From a virus, in the IMG/VR virus record IMGVR_UViG_3300014135_000001, positions 1 through 41,684 of that record: a DNA stretch of 41,684 nucleotides; one strand, written 5' to 3'. The translations under genes were made by a program, and so were the position numbers. This document shows, piece after piece, positions 23,980 through 34,288 of the stretch (within the stretch, counting starts at the first letter, position 1; every line of letters begins with the position of its first letter). The notes beneath the pieces were generated by a model that worked only from the letters and a program-made list of their open reading frames with translations, was not told where the DNA came from and made no database searches.

Positions 23980-25354
23980 CCTTTCTGTATTTATCGATTC
24001 TCGCTTTTAAACTTTGCAGCACGTATTCCTGTGCCCGGTCTTTTTGGGCTAGTGCATCCATCATATCCTCATCGCGAGTTCCCTCACATATTAGATGATG
24101 GATAATTACCTTCTCCATTTGGCCTTGGCGATGTAGCCGCTTATTAGCTTGTTGATATAACTCAAGACTCCAATTTAACCCGAACCATATTACGTGGTTT
24201 CCGCCATCCTGTAAGTTAAGTCCGTATGCCGTGCTAGCCGGATGTGCTAATAGAATATCAATCTCTCCAGCATTCCACGCTATCTCATCATCGGCACCCT
24301 TTAACTCACGGACACGTAATTTAGTCTTAGCTAATGCTGCTTTTAGTCGTTCACAGTCATGTTTGAAATTGTAAAACACTAATGCAGGCTTGCCGTTTAA
24401 CTGTTCTACAAGTTCCATAAAAGCCTCAATCTTACAGCCGTGTATCTCATGAACGTTCCTATCACCATCATATACAGCACCGTTCGCTAACTGTTGTAGT
24501 TTTGTAGATAATGCTGCTGCACTCAAAGCTGTGATATCTTCGCCAGCTTCAATCAACTCTAATACAGACGTACGCTCCATATCTTCGTAAGCCTTTTTAG
24601 CTTTTGCATCTAACTGCACATATTTAATATCGTTGATGATTGGAGGTAGCTCCAAATAGTCACTGGCTTTCATGGATATACATAACCCAGATATTGCCGC
24701 CATGATACTGTCATTTGAATCGGATTTAGGTTTATAGGAATACACCATTTCGCGTGACCTCTGATCGGGCTCGAAATAGTAATCTCTAAATCCTGTGTAC
24801 GTTTTTCCTAACGACTCCCCACGGTCTAATAAATACACTTGCGCCCATAGGTCGATTAATCCGTTAGGGGCTGGCGTACCTGTTAACAACACCATGCGTT
24901 TGATGTGGTTATGCATATAGGCTAATGACTTAAAACGCTTAGCTGTGTGGTTTTTAAAGGAACTAGATTCATCCACAACTACCATGTCAAACGGCCATGC
25001 ATTCTTATAGTAATCAACTAACCACGTTACATTCTCGCGATTGATGATGTAGATATCGGCAGGTGTGTTTAAAGCCTTAATTCGCTTTTTCAGGCTGCCT
25101 AATACAGTAGCTATCCTTAATATACCTACCCCGTCCCATTTTTGTGCTTCACGTTGCCATGTAGCCTCCGCTACTTTCTTAGGCGCTATGATTAGCACTT
25201 TACGGATGGCAAATCTAGAGTACTTCAATTCGTATATGGCTGATAACGTGATAATCGTTTTTCCCAAACCCATATCCAGGAATAACCCTATCTTATTTTG
25301 ATTAACGGTCTTGTCGATACAATATCGCTGATACGCATGCGGGATAAACTGCAT
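23972..25354 (-). CDS. SNF2-family helicase (second of two)
   Basis: 460 aa. LDMGLGKT (motif I), VVVDESSSFKN (motif II), LTGTPAPNGLIDLW, HRQGQ (motif VI). TAATG coupling to VRR-NUC. Confidence 0.9.
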   Translation of the reverse strand: MQFIPHAYQRYCIDKTVNQNKIGLFLDMGLGKTIITLSAIYELKYSRFAIRKVLIIAPKKVAEATWQREAQKWDGVGILRIATVLGSLKKRIKALNTPADIYIINRENVTWLVDYYKNAWPFDMVVVDESSSFKNHTAKRFKSLAYMHNHIKRMVLLTGTPAPNGLIDLWAQVYLLDRGESLGKTYTGFRDYYFEPDQRSREMVYSYKPKSDSNDSIMAAISGLCISMKASDYLELPPIINDIKYVQLDAKAKKAYEDMERTSVLELIEAGEDITALSAAALSTKLQQLANGAVYDGDRNVHEIHGCKIEAFMELVEQLNGKPALVFYNFKHDCERLKAALAKTKLRVRELKGADDEIAWNAGEIDILLAHPASTAYGLNLQDGGNHVIWFGLNWSLELYQQANKRLHRQGQMEKVIIHHLICEGTRDEDMMDALAQKDRAQEYVLQSLKARIDKYRKDD

Positions 25355-25650
25355 TACGCTTTCACCCCGAATTTTTCTGCGAATTGATCCAAATAACCAG
25401 CCACGGCATCAGCACCTTTTAACACAAATACTTTTTGGTTTAGTTTTTGAAGTTCACGGGCTTGAACTCCCTGCAATCTCGAAAGTACACCTTTGGATGT
25501 CTTCAATTCTACGAAATGAATAACACCATTCGGCCATATGACGATTCGATCAGGCACACCGACATTGCCAGGGGATACAAACTTATATGCCTTACCTCCT
25601 GAACGTTTGACGCCTGCAACTAATTTTCTCTCAATATCCTTTTCTAGCAT
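25354..25650 (-). CDS. VRR-NUC domain nuclease
   Basis: 98 aa. GVPDRIVIWPNGVIHFVELKT fits the PD-(D/E)XK pattern of VRR-NUC. Confidence 0.85.
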   Translation of the reverse strand: MLEKDIERKLVAGVKRSGGKAYKFVSPGNVGVPDRIVIWPNGVIHFVELKTSKGVLSRLQGVQARELQKLNQKVFVLKGADAVAGYLDQFAEKFGVKA

Positions 25651-25674
25651 TTCTCACCTCTGAAATTCTTAAAC

Positions 25675-25920
25675 GTTAACATGTTTACATACGCGTATAT
25701 GAGGGTTCAAATTAAGGCTGTAAAGGGCGTATTTTTTCTTAAAACTCTTTGTTTTGATATTTACCAGTATATAATGTTAACATTGTTAACCAACCTATAT
25801 GAATATAGATAAATACTGACTTTATGCGTTAACATAGTACGTTAACATTCTCCGAATTTGTTAACATTCTAATGTTAACAAAAATACTGAGAATGTTAAC
25901 GCTTAATTGAGAATGTTAAC
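25675..25920. repeat. Iteron cluster: nine GTTAAC-core repeats, candidate replication origin
   Basis: GTTAAC at 25675, 25776, 25785, 25828, 25841, 25860, 25874, 25895 and 25915, mostly in the context (a/g)aatGTTAACa(tt). The last five are spaced 19, 14, 21 and 20 nt apart. This non-coding 271-nt gap begins 2 nt after the primase stop. Confidence 0.7.
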
Positions 25921-25921
25921 A

Positions 25922-28396
25922 CTATAATTTCAGTTTTGACTCATTGATTCTGAACCCTCTTTGATGCCCATATTCACCAAATCTCATCAACTGACTTCCG
26001 CCCATTGTGTACGGGGAGTCCGCTAGTATTTGATTAATTTCCCTAGTCTCAATCTTCTTCATTCGGCTTGGGTCGTTACCGAAACACTCCCACCATACCT
26101 CTGCTGCACAAATACGGTCACGATATACTAACTCTTGACCCTCGGCAGGTTTAGCGTTCATGCTAAGGTACGTCCTCCGGGCACTACGACTCATCACATT
26201 CCAATTTAGTGGCACTTTGATTAATAAAAACTCATTAATCAATCCTGCTTTGGTATTTGATTCCATATGCGCCTCTCTAGCCGCGTCAGCCAGTTTTAGT
26301 ACAGCCGGGTCATCCTCGATAATGAGGCTTTCCCCGCTTTTATAACGATACAAGGCCTCCGCCCATAACTGGTCAACTTCTCCCGGAAGATTAACAAATA
26401 TGTTCTTTCGTGGAATCGTCATCTCAAGATCAATAGGCCAAAATCGGCGATTACCTGTAATATCTTTTAGGAATTCATATTGATTAGTGCTACCAAAGAA
26501 CACACACTGCCGTGGATACTCTTGTGTACGTCGGCCATATGCTTGACGAAATACATCTACTTGACGACTCAGGAATTGCTTAGATGCATTTTCTTCAGCC
26601 CTCGAATACCCAGCCATTTCACCAGCTTCTATAATCCATTTACCTTGAATGCCTTCTGCAGCTTCTTTACCCTCAAAGGTATTTAAGCCATCAGCGTACC
26701 ACTTCTTGCCCATTGTGCGGATAAGAGTACTTTTACCAATACCCTGACCTCCGATAAGAATTGGCATCGTATCATACTTGCATCCAGGCTCAAACGCTCG
26801 CGCTACTGCCGCCGTAAATGACTTTCTAGCGGCTGCACGGGTATATACATTATCCTCAGCCCCTAAGTAGTCGATGAATATAGTATCTAATCGGGCAATG
26901 CCGTCCCAGGATAAACCGTTAAGATAATCTAGTACTTCATTAAATCCATTTTGCTCAGCACACATAATGAGGGCGTCCATGATTTTATCTTTGCCGGTGA
27001 TATCATATTTATTTTCTAGGTACCACCGTAAGCCCGCATCATCTGCGTCTGTCCATATGCGAAGTCCTGGTGTTGGGTTCCATGGTAGGGCTCCTTTTGC
27101 CACGTATCTCGAACCAAATCTATCATAGGCAAGTCTACCGACAAGCGCCGGATCATGGTGCATGATTTTAAGCATGTTATCTAGCGTGTTCTTAGGTCGA
27201 CCATTCTCGTCGTACTTTAAAGTCGAACTTTTCATCCAGTCGACGTTCGTTAACGCATTAGGGTCGAGGTCGGATGTCTCAGCGTGAGCCGATACATCCG
27301 TAATAATATCAGCAAATACATTTGATGCCGATTCTCGGGCGCGAGCCATGTTGAGTTCATTAACGACTACCGTATCTTGCATAGCTAGTTTAGACATAGC
27401 CATGTAAGATGGCAGTTTGTGCCCAGGTGTCCCATCCTTAGCCGTCTCGTCTAAGCTGTGGAACTTATGCAGCCGGATAAGGTCAAAGGCATTAACCAAT
27501 TGACCACTGCACGGGTCAGTATTATGGTGACTGAACAGGAATGTATCGTCATCATAAATAACCGCCCCGGCTACCGTTGAGCCAGTAACGAACGTTAAGC
27601 GGTCCTCGCTGCCGTCAACATCGACATATGCATGAGGTATGAATTTATCGATTGCCTCACGGATACCATATATTCGACAAAAGGCACCTACGATACCTGG
27701 TTTTTCTCTCGGATCAGCTTGCTTTGCAAGTAACTGCTTTTCATGCTGCGATGCTTCTTTACCAGGTACCTGTGGCCAAGAACGCACATCGCGCCAATCA
27801 GTATATTGGCCGAGCATACCGTCAGCAGATAAGAACGCCTTATCGCCTACATAATATACATATTGCGCATCGTTAGGACATGATGGCCAGTACATAAGCC
27901 GAGAAGCTTCGAACGTAGTTCCATCCATCATACCGATGCCGATGAGCTCCGCCAGCTTACGGGCGATAGGCTCATACTCGTCAGGTGTCATTGTTCTATC
28001 AGTCGGGACGATAACACGTAACCGCGGACGATGCACAGTGTGAGAACGGGTTGAGTAGATGACATAAGCCATGCCTAGGCTGTCAATCGTGCGGGCGACG
28101 TTCTCAGTTTCCCCAGGCGACATGGCATCCATATCAAGAGTAATCAGGTCACGCCCAGACACGTTAATAGCTTTACGCTGCAGACCGTTTAACGCACCAC
28201 CAACAAAGCCACCTATGTCCTTTAGCTTGCTTTTCTCAGATTTTGGCAATCTGTGGTACTCGTCCACGGTTTCTGTTGTACGAACGGGGATTTTGAGGCG
28301 TTCACAAAACTCGGACCACAACATCTCCGTACGGGTCCATTGCTTTGATGTGCGACTCGCACCGATACTGATGGTAATCAGTTTATCGTTTTGCAA
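25922..28396 (-). CDS. Primase-polymerase (AEP) fused to a VirE-type P-loop helicase
   Basis: 824 aa. TTG start behind AGGAGGGG. N-terminus ITLDMDAMS...VIYSTRSHT (AEP motifs). C-terminus LIGGQGIGKST...GKWIIEAGEM...FFGSTNQYEFLKDITGNRRFWPI (VirE family). Confidence 0.9.
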   Translation of the reverse strand: MQNDKLITISIGASRTSKQWTRTEMLWSEFCERLKIPVRTTETVDEYHRLPKSEKSKLKDIGGFVGGALNGLQRKAINVSGRDLITLDMDAMSPGETENVARTIDSLGMAYVIYSTRSHTVHRPRLRVIVPTDRTMTPDEYEPIARKLAELIGIGMMDGTTFEASRLMYWPSCPNDAQYVYYVGDKAFLSADGMLGQYTDWRDVRSWPQVPGKEASQHEKQLLAKQADPREKPGIVGAFCRIYGIREAIDKFIPHAYVDVDGSEDRLTFVTGSTVAGAVIYDDDTFLFSHHNTDPCSGQLVNAFDLIRLHKFHSLDETAKDGTPGHKLPSYMAMSKLAMQDTVVVNELNMARARESASNVFADIITDVSAHAETSDLDPNALTNVDWMKSSTLKYDENGRPKNTLDNMLKIMHHDPALVGRLAYDRFGSRYVAKGALPWNPTPGLRIWTDADDAGLRWYLENKYDITGKDKIMDALIMCAEQNGFNEVLDYLNGLSWDGIARLDTIFIDYLGAEDNVYTRAAARKSFTAAVARAFEPGCKYDTMPILIGGQGIGKSTLIRTMGKKWYADGLNTFEGKEAAEGIQGKWIIEAGEMAGYSRAEENASKQFLSRQVDVFRQAYGRRTQEYPRQCVFFGSTNQYEFLKDITGNRRFWPIDLEMTIPRKNIFVNLPGEVDQLWAEALYRYKSGESLIIEDDPAVLKLADAAREAHMESNTKAGLINEFLLIKVPLNWNVMSRSARRTYLSMNAKPAEGQELVYRDRICAAEVWWECFGNDPSRMKKIETREINQILADSPYTMGGSQLMRFGEYGHQRGFRINESKLKL

Positions 28397-28408
28397 GTGT
28401 ATCCCCTC

Positions 28409-30373
28409 CTAATCTTTCATATAATAGTCGTTAGTAAATCCTGCGGATGATAATAGTAGCCCATCTGCCCAAGGTATGGCGATTGAGAATATAGCATTAA
28501 CATCATCCAATGTTGATTCTGCGTTATACTTGTTGATTTCAAGTACAGCTTCATCATGAATATGCATAATAATTTGATATCCTACATCCTCCAATCGGCG
28601 TAATGTTAACGCTAAGCAATCGCGAGCGACTGCTTGTGTGATGTTTTCGACTAACTTACCCCCATAGGTACTTTCAGTAACCCATGCAGCATTTACCTTA
28701 GTCTTAAAATGTACAGCATCCTTACCGAACGCATTCTGCTTAATGCTTGGGCTAGGATAAAATAGCTTACGTCCGCTAGGTAGTTCAATCGTCATATAAC
28801 GGTAACCGTATATTGGATCAATTTCCAAACGGAACAAAATGCCATGGTCAAGGCCTATAGGATTCCCGGTAGTAACGGTGTACACGGCCGCATTTTCAAC
28901 GGCATACCATAAATCTCGTATTCTAGGTGATGCGTTACGCCACAAATTTACGATTTCAGGTAATTCCTCCTCATGGAGTCCCATATCAAGAGCACCCATG
29001 GCTTTTAATGCATTCACTCCGCCTTGATAGCCGAGTGCCAATTCAGCGACTTTACCTTTTTGTCTAAGATGACCATTCTCGCCATGCTTAACAACGGGAA
29101 CACCAAACATCGACGATGCAGAAGCACAGTATATGTCTCCGCCCTCAGCGAATACACGTTGGCGCCAATGTTCTCCCGATAACCATGCAATAACACGAGC
29201 CTCAATGGCTGAGAAGTCGGCCACACATAATGTATTGTCCTTTTCAGCAATAATCGAGGTACGAATTAATTGAGATAGCGTATCCGATACATCACCGTAC
29301 AGAAGTTCTAACCCTTGACGGTTTTTGGTTTTAACGAGATGTCGAGCCGTGTCGAGGTTCTCGATGTAATTTCTCGGTAGGTTTTGCACCTGGATAAGAC
29401 GACCCGCCCAGCGTCCGGTACGGTTGGCACCGTAGAACTGTAATGTTCCTCTGAGACGAAGATCAGCGCCCATAGCACCATCCATCATGGTGTATTTAGA
29501 TACCGATGACTTAGCTAGCTTTTTACGAATCATGAGTACTTTTGCGGCAACGTCATCAGCATCCGTCAGAGCATCGGCCACAGTGTCCTTAGTTAACTTC
29601 TCAAGACTGACATTAGTATTATTGTTTAGCCAATCAAGTAATTGATTCCGACTGTTAGGGTTGTTAAGTCCCGTGATTTGGTAAGCCTCATTCATCAACA
29701 TTTCGCGATTTTCTTCATCAATGTATAAGGCACCCTCAACCAATTCATGGTCGATGCGTACCCCTCTACTATTGATTTGGATATCAAGATACCAATCTTT
29801 CCACGTATCATCAGGTACAGGGAACGAGGCTAATCTGTGATAACATTCCATCTCGGTCACAACGTCCTGGCGGTTGTACTCGATAAAAGCATTCCATTTA
29901 TCCATATCGTGTCTAGGTAGATTACGGGTACGGCCCCCATTACGTTTAGTAGGCTTACATGGCGTACAAAAGTACTTGATAAGTGCTTTCCCCGATGTGT
30001 CCTTTTTCTTATCCTGAGGTAATCCCAGGGCCTTGCCTAGTAAGGCTAGGCCCATAGGATATCCTAGGTAGGCACCATGAATCATCGTGCACTGCCACTG
30101 ATCAACAGATGTGAGTAACCCTGCACGATTTAGACACGTAATTTCAAATTGCGCGTTGTAGGCGTGTTTAATGACATACGGATTCAATAAATCACGAATT
30201 ACACAGTCAGGAATTACCCCTCCCTGCGCTAAATCTACGACTTCAACAGGGCCAAAGTCGTAGGAATATGCAAATAGCAATATAGCGAAATCAGGCGATT
30301 CAGTGTATTTGTACACTCCGAATGAGATATCAGTCGATGAATATGTTTCTATATCAATACTTAGATGCCTCAT
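28409..30373 (-). CDS. DNA polymerase, family A, with a 3'-5' exonuclease domain
   Basis: Start at ATG 30373; the GTG at 30382 is less likely. LSIDIETYS (Exo I), ..RQKGKVAELALGYQGG.., ..MHIHDEAVLE (motif C). Confidence 0.9.
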   Translation of the reverse strand: MRHLSIDIETYSSTDISFGVYKYTESPDFAILLFAYSYDFGPVEVVDLAQGGVIPDCVIRDLLNPYVIKHAYNAQFEITCLNRAGLLTSVDQWQCTMIHGAYLGYPMGLALLGKALGLPQDKKKDTSGKALIKYFCTPCKPTKRNGGRTRNLPRHDMDKWNAFIEYNRQDVVTEMECYHRLASFPVPDDTWKDWYLDIQINSRGVRIDHELVEGALYIDEENREMLMNEAYQITGLNNPNSRNQLLDWLNNNTNVSLEKLTKDTVADALTDADDVAAKVLMIRKKLAKSSVSKYTMMDGAMGADLRLRGTLQFYGANRTGRWAGRLIQVQNLPRNYIENLDTARHLVKTKNRQGLELLYGDVSDTLSQLIRTSIIAEKDNTLCVADFSAIEARVIAWLSGEHWRQRVFAEGGDIYCASASSMFGVPVVKHGENGHLRQKGKVAELALGYQGGVNALKAMGALDMGLHEEELPEIVNLWRNASPRIRDLWYAVENAAVYTVTTGNPIGLDHGILFRLEIDPIYGYRYMTIELPSGRKLFYPSPSIKQNAFGKDAVHFKTKVNAAWVTESTYGGKLVENITQAVARDCLALTLRRLEDVGYQIIMHIHDEAVLEINKYNAESTLDDVNAIFSIAIPWADGLLLSSAGFTNDYYMKD

Positions 30374-30385
30374 ATCAGGCACCTA

Positions 30386-31105
30386 TTAGTAAGGTTGACC
30401 AGTTACAGGGTTAATGCCTACAGGAGCTTGTTGTACAGATTGCTGAGGTGTCGTAGCGTATGCCGGTTGTACATAACCCTGTTGAGCTGCTTGTTGTTGC
30501 ACAGGCTGACCTGCTGCTACTGGAGCACCAGTATATACATTAGCTGCGCTACCTTGAGGTGCACCAAATACAGAGGATGCAGCAACAGGCATGCTACCTA
30601 ATGCTTCACCATCGCGTACTTTTTGAACAGGACCTAAACCACATCCGATACCAGTGGATTGATTGGAGTAGAAGAAGAATCGAACGAGTACATTGACATA
30701 CATGCCGGAGTATACTTGTGTAGGATTTGTGAGAGGATTACCTTGAAGATCTACTACTTCAACTTTATAGCTAGCGTCTTGTGCTGCCGTAAACACCCAA
30801 TGACCTTTACATTCAGGACCAAACTCCTTACCAGATTGTGTGTAGCCATCACCGTCATGAATTGGTACTTTAGGCTGTGCTGGAACACGTGCACCGAATT
30901 TAGTACGAGCTGATTGGATAGCAGCCTCGATAGCATTCATAAGTGCTTGGTGTTGAGCTACATCAGTTTTAGGCAAAAGAATCGTAGCTGAATATCTAGG
31001 TTTAGCACCAGGCTGTGTGGAATTAGCCCAAGGTTCTAATAGATGGCAATAGGATACACGAACATTTTGCAATAATACTTCAGTTGGTTGTGGAACGAAT
31101 GACAT
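30386..31105 (-). CDS. DUF2815-family single-stranded DNA-binding protein
   Basis: 239 aa. SD GGAGG. VRVSYCHLLEPWA...KPRYSATILLPK is typical of DUF2815. Q/P-rich C-terminal tail. Confidence 0.8.
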   Translation of the reverse strand: MSFVPQPTEVLLQNVRVSYCHLLEPWANSTQPGAKPRYSATILLPKTDVAQHQALMNAIEAAIQSARTKFGARVPAQPKVPIHDGDGYTQSGKEFGPECKGHWVFTAAQDASYKVEVVDLQGNPLTNPTQVYSGMYVNVLVRFFFYSNQSTGIGCGLGPVQKVRDGEALGSMPVAASSVFGAPQGSAANVYTGAPVAAGQPVQQQAAQQGYVQPAYATTPQQSVQQAPVGINPVTGQPY

Positions 31106-31107
31106 AA

Positions 31108-32292
31108 TTAATTACCTCCATTATTATCATTAGATACATTAAATATTTGCGCCGCAGTAGGTTGATTGGTAATCCGAGGGCGCTTATCGGATTCCTCAAC
31201 TAGGGTAGGCTTGCCTGCTTTCTTAACTATCATGTCGCCTACCATATCATTAAATTGGGTTTTACCGATGGTCTTTTCCATCTGAGCCAATGTTAATGTC
31301 TTGCGTTCATATAGAATGCTTTCATCGATGCCAGCTTTGATTAAAGTATCTATGGCAGCATCGGTGTCTTGAAATGCCCGACTACCACGACCCTCTACGG
31401 CTTTCCAGCCAGGGACTGTCACCCCATTAAGAGATTCAGTGAGTGCGTAGTCTTTCATATCCTCGAGCCAAGCAGCGACGTCTTTGCCCCGGCGAAGATA
31501 TTCACCGAGTTCTGTCATCGAGATAAGTCGAGGATCGTGATTAGCAACTAGCGCACTGTGCAATGAGTCGTTTGCCTCATATCGGGCTTTGCACTGTTGT
31601 TTTGCCCTGCAGAATCTGCACCAGTCGCCGGGTTCAAATTTACCATTGCCAGATATAGCCTCGTCTGCACGAGGTTTGACAAATGTATTACCCCAATCCA
31701 GTAGTTCTGCCGTAGGGATTTCCCATTCGCTGATATTATTAACACGGGGCTGCACGATAGTCATTTTGACCGTATTAAACATATAAAGTAATCTATATGC
31801 GTCAATCGCACCGAGGGCATATAACATCATTTGCGGATTGTGTTCCGCATCAACGACTACCCCTTTTCCGTGCTTATAATCAACGATGTGCAAGGTGTCG
31901 CCGGATAGGACGATACAGTCAGCCGTGCCGAATCCATCGGGTACATAACGGCTAAAATCAACACGTTTTTCAATGGCTACTACTGGAGTTGCCGTGCAAC
32001 CTAACATAACACCTTTGACATATTCAAGGTATGTTTCCGAAGTATCGTCCATTTCTGGTTGCCACAACTCATCCTTTTTGATTTTGTTGAACTTGCGAGT
32101 GTATGTGGATTTCGCCATGGCCGTGGTATACTTCTGTAGTTTTAACTCACACAGTTCGTGTGCCAGGGTTCCTTCCTTTGCATACACAGATGTACTATCG
32201 GGAAAGTTCTCCTCTAAGAGAGGGGCAGCTGTACAATGCAGCCACCGGTGCGACCCCGATGCGTTTAATAATGCATGTGATCGAGGTGCCAT
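31108..32292 (-). CDS. DUF2800-family PD-(D/E)XK (Cas4-like) nuclease
   Basis: 394 aa. SGSHRWLHCTAAP, ..TADCIVLSGDTLHIVDYKHGKG.., C-terminal CRFCRAKQQC cluster. Confidence 0.85.
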   Translation of the reverse strand: MAPRSHALLNASGSHRWLHCTAAPLLEENFPDSTSVYAKEGTLAHELCELKLQKYTTAMAKSTYTRKFNKIKKDELWQPEMDDTSETYLEYVKGVMLGCTATPVVAIEKRVDFSRYVPDGFGTADCIVLSGDTLHIVDYKHGKGVVVDAEHNPQMMLYALGAIDAYRLLYMFNTVKMTIVQPRVNNISEWEIPTAELLDWGNTFVKPRADEAISGNGKFEPGDWCRFCRAKQQCKARYEANDSLHSALVANHDPRLISMTELGEYLRRGKDVAAWLEDMKDYALTESLNGVTVPGWKAVEGRGSRAFQDTDAAIDTLIKAGIDESILYERKTLTLAQMEKTIGKTQFNDMVGDMIVKKAGKPTLVEESDKRPRITNQPTAAQIFNVSNDNNGGN

Positions 32293-32873
32293 TAGATTCT
32301 TGCCCCCAATCCTCTAATTGCATTTACTAATTCAGGGTATCTATCCTCAGGTACTTGACCTAAGTATTGAACCCCGAATTGTGTCATCAACTGTTGCAAT
32401 TCTACAGCTTTACCAGCATCAAGTAATGGCGCAAGAGCCGCTTGAATTTCAGGCAATGTATACTTCTTAACTTCCTGAGTTACTGGAGCGGTGACTGGTG
32501 TTTGTACAGGTGTTTGCACAGGTGCGGTAACTGTTTGTACCGGAGTATCAGTTGCCACGTTGACAGTTGGTGCTGTAATGGCTACTTGAGTAGGAGTAAC
32601 TTGTACAGCTGCATTAGGTGCCGTCATGGATATGGAGTTTGGTTGCACCGCTACTGTTGTAGTAGGTACACCTTGATTTGTATCTTGTGGAGCTAGATTA
32701 GATACGCACACGGACGGTGTCGCTACTGTAGGCACTACCGTGTCCACTATGCCAGGGGCTTTATCATCCATAGCTCTGTCGTTATCTACAAAACTTCCGA
32801 ATTGATTTAACACAGCTTTTAGCTGATTATATACATCTAGTACATTAACTCCTTGAACTTCAACTTTAATCAT
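32292..32873 (-). CDS. Hypothetical protein with a T/P/V/Q low-complexity linker
   Basis: 193 aa. SD AGGAGGA. Central ..PVQTVTAPVQTPVQTPVTAPVT.. encoded by imperfect DNA repeats. Globular ends. Confidence 0.75.
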   Translation of the reverse strand: MIKVEVQGVNVLDVYNQLKAVLNQFGSFVDNDRAMDDKAPGIVDTVVPTVATPSVCVSNLAPQDTNQGVPTTTVAVQPNSISMTAPNAAVQVTPTQVAITAPTVNVATDTPVQTVTAPVQTPVQTPVTAPVTQEVKKYTLPEIQAALAPLLDAGKAVELQQLMTQFGVQYLGQVPEDRYPELVNAIRGLGARI

Positions 32874-33831
32874 TGTTTAAATCCTCCTGAATATTAATAA
32901 TTGATTGGTTGTAATACGATTCTTTTAACTCAAATCCTAAAGCCCTACGACCCATACGAAGTGCCATAACTGGTACAGTACCGATACCGGCAAACGGATC
33001 AAGTACGATATCATTCGGATTACTCCACAATTCGATGCATCGAGCCACAGTATCTAGCTGTAGCGGGCAAATATGACGTTCGTCCTTATTGTCTCGAGCT
33101 GCTTTATAATTCAGCGTATGTGTTTGACGGATATCGGCCCATACGGGATTAGCATATCGGCGCCATACTTGATGGCTATATATAGGCTCCGTATTGTATT
33201 TTTGCTTTTTATCAAACAAAACTGGATTGGGCGCAGGTCTTTCAATTCCTTTGATTCCCTCAGGTTCCTCTTGACCGAAAAACTGGGTAAACCCTTCTGG
33301 ATGCGCGATGGGCTCCGGATTGTCACCAGGTTTACGCAATGTAACGATGTAATCAGGCGCCCCCATACGGCACATGGCAGAATCTTTTACAATTTGCTTA
33401 TGTAAAAGCCCTAGAGCCTTTGTCCGAGTAGCCTCAATGAGAGGGTCTTTCCAAATCGTGACTCGGGAATGCATCACGAATCCAGCATCCTGAAAGGCTC
33501 GAATAATGTCACCAGGAAAGTCTTTCATTCCGATAACACCGTCCCTGGATTTCGTGAGTGGTAAATCCATACAATGAACTGATACTAATCGCCCTGGCAT
33601 TATTACACGGTATAGTTCTGCGATTAAATACTTGAAATGTTGCCAAAACTCGATATCAGTAGATGAGTTGCCCATATCCCTATCAGAATTAGAGTAGACA
33701 TACAAACTACTAAATGGCGGGCTGAATATAGAGTAATGAACGCTATCATCAGGTAGCCCTTTTAGCACTTCTACTGAGTCGCCGTTATAAATTGCAAATC
33801 GGGACTCAATTAACTGATTTAGCACGTTCAC
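32866..33831 (-). CDS. DNA methyltransferase, beta-class N4-C / N6-A (N6_N4_Mtase type)
   Basis: 321 aa. GTG start behind AAGGAGGA. Motif IV FSPPF lies near the N-terminus and motif I VLDPFAGIGT near the C-terminus, which is the beta-class order. Confidence 0.9.
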   Translation of the reverse strand: MNVLNQLIESRFAIYNGDSVEVLKGLPDDSVHYSIFSPPFSSLYVYSNSDRDMGNSSTDIEFWQHFKYLIAELYRVIMPGRLVSVHCMDLPLTKSRDGVIGMKDFPGDIIRAFQDAGFVMHSRVTIWKDPLIEATRTKALGLLHKQIVKDSAMCRMGAPDYIVTLRKPGDNPEPIAHPEGFTQFFGQEEPEGIKGIERPAPNPVLFDKKQKYNTEPIYSHQVWRRYANPVWADIRQTHTLNYKAARDNKDERHICPLQLDTVARCIELWSNPNDIVLDPFAGIGTVPVMALRMGRRALGFELKESYYNQSIINIQEDLNND

Positions 33832-34288
33832 GTTGTAGGTCCTCCTTTGCTTTCTTATTTAGCGTATGCAGCATTGCAAATCCAAAAAAAGCGGCTACTC
33901 CTTTATTCATGCCTGCATCAACGGCTAATCTAATTGATTTAGCTGCTTTTAATTCATTGATGTGGATGACTCTTATGTTATGATCCTTAGCATAAGCTAG
34001 CTCCAAATTGCACCCGGTTGAGTTCTCCCATCCGTTGCACAGTATGATTGCATCGCAACCACTTAGAAGGTCAATACACCAGCCTATGCCGGTATCATAA
34101 TCAACCTTGTTATATAAATGCCCAAACATATGTATAGGTGATAGGAATATATTATGCGTATCACTGCCAAAAGGTTCCTTTATCGGAAATACACCCATAT
34201 CGTCCTGCAGCCACTTTAATACAGAGTCAGCATTCTTTTTGTTTTTAGCCAACCCTCCGAATGGATGGCTAACGTAAATTTTAGTCAT
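33806..34288 (-). CDS. DUF4406 / nucleoside 2-deoxyribosyltransferase-like protein
   Basis: 160 aa. IYVSHPFGG...FLSPIHMF...CDAIILCNGWENSTGCNLELAYA resembles the Rossmann-like DUF4406 pattern as recalled. ATGA coupling to the helicase. Confidence 0.6.
   Translation of the reverse strand: MTKIYVSHPFGGLAKNKKNADSVLKWLQDDMGVFPIKEPFGSDTHNIFLSPIHMFGHLYNKVDYDTGIGWCIDLLSGCDAIILCNGWENSTGCNLELAYAKDHNIRVIHINELKAAKSIRLAVDAGMNKGVAAFFGFAMLHTLNKKAKEDLQRERAKSVN

Noticed and set aside
25675-25920. The GTTAAC repeat cluster as a CRISPR array
   Set aside because: The repeat units are only 6-13 nt and their spacing is irregular (9 to about 100 nt). There are no spacer-sized unique units and no cas genes. An iteron or origin interpretation fits better.
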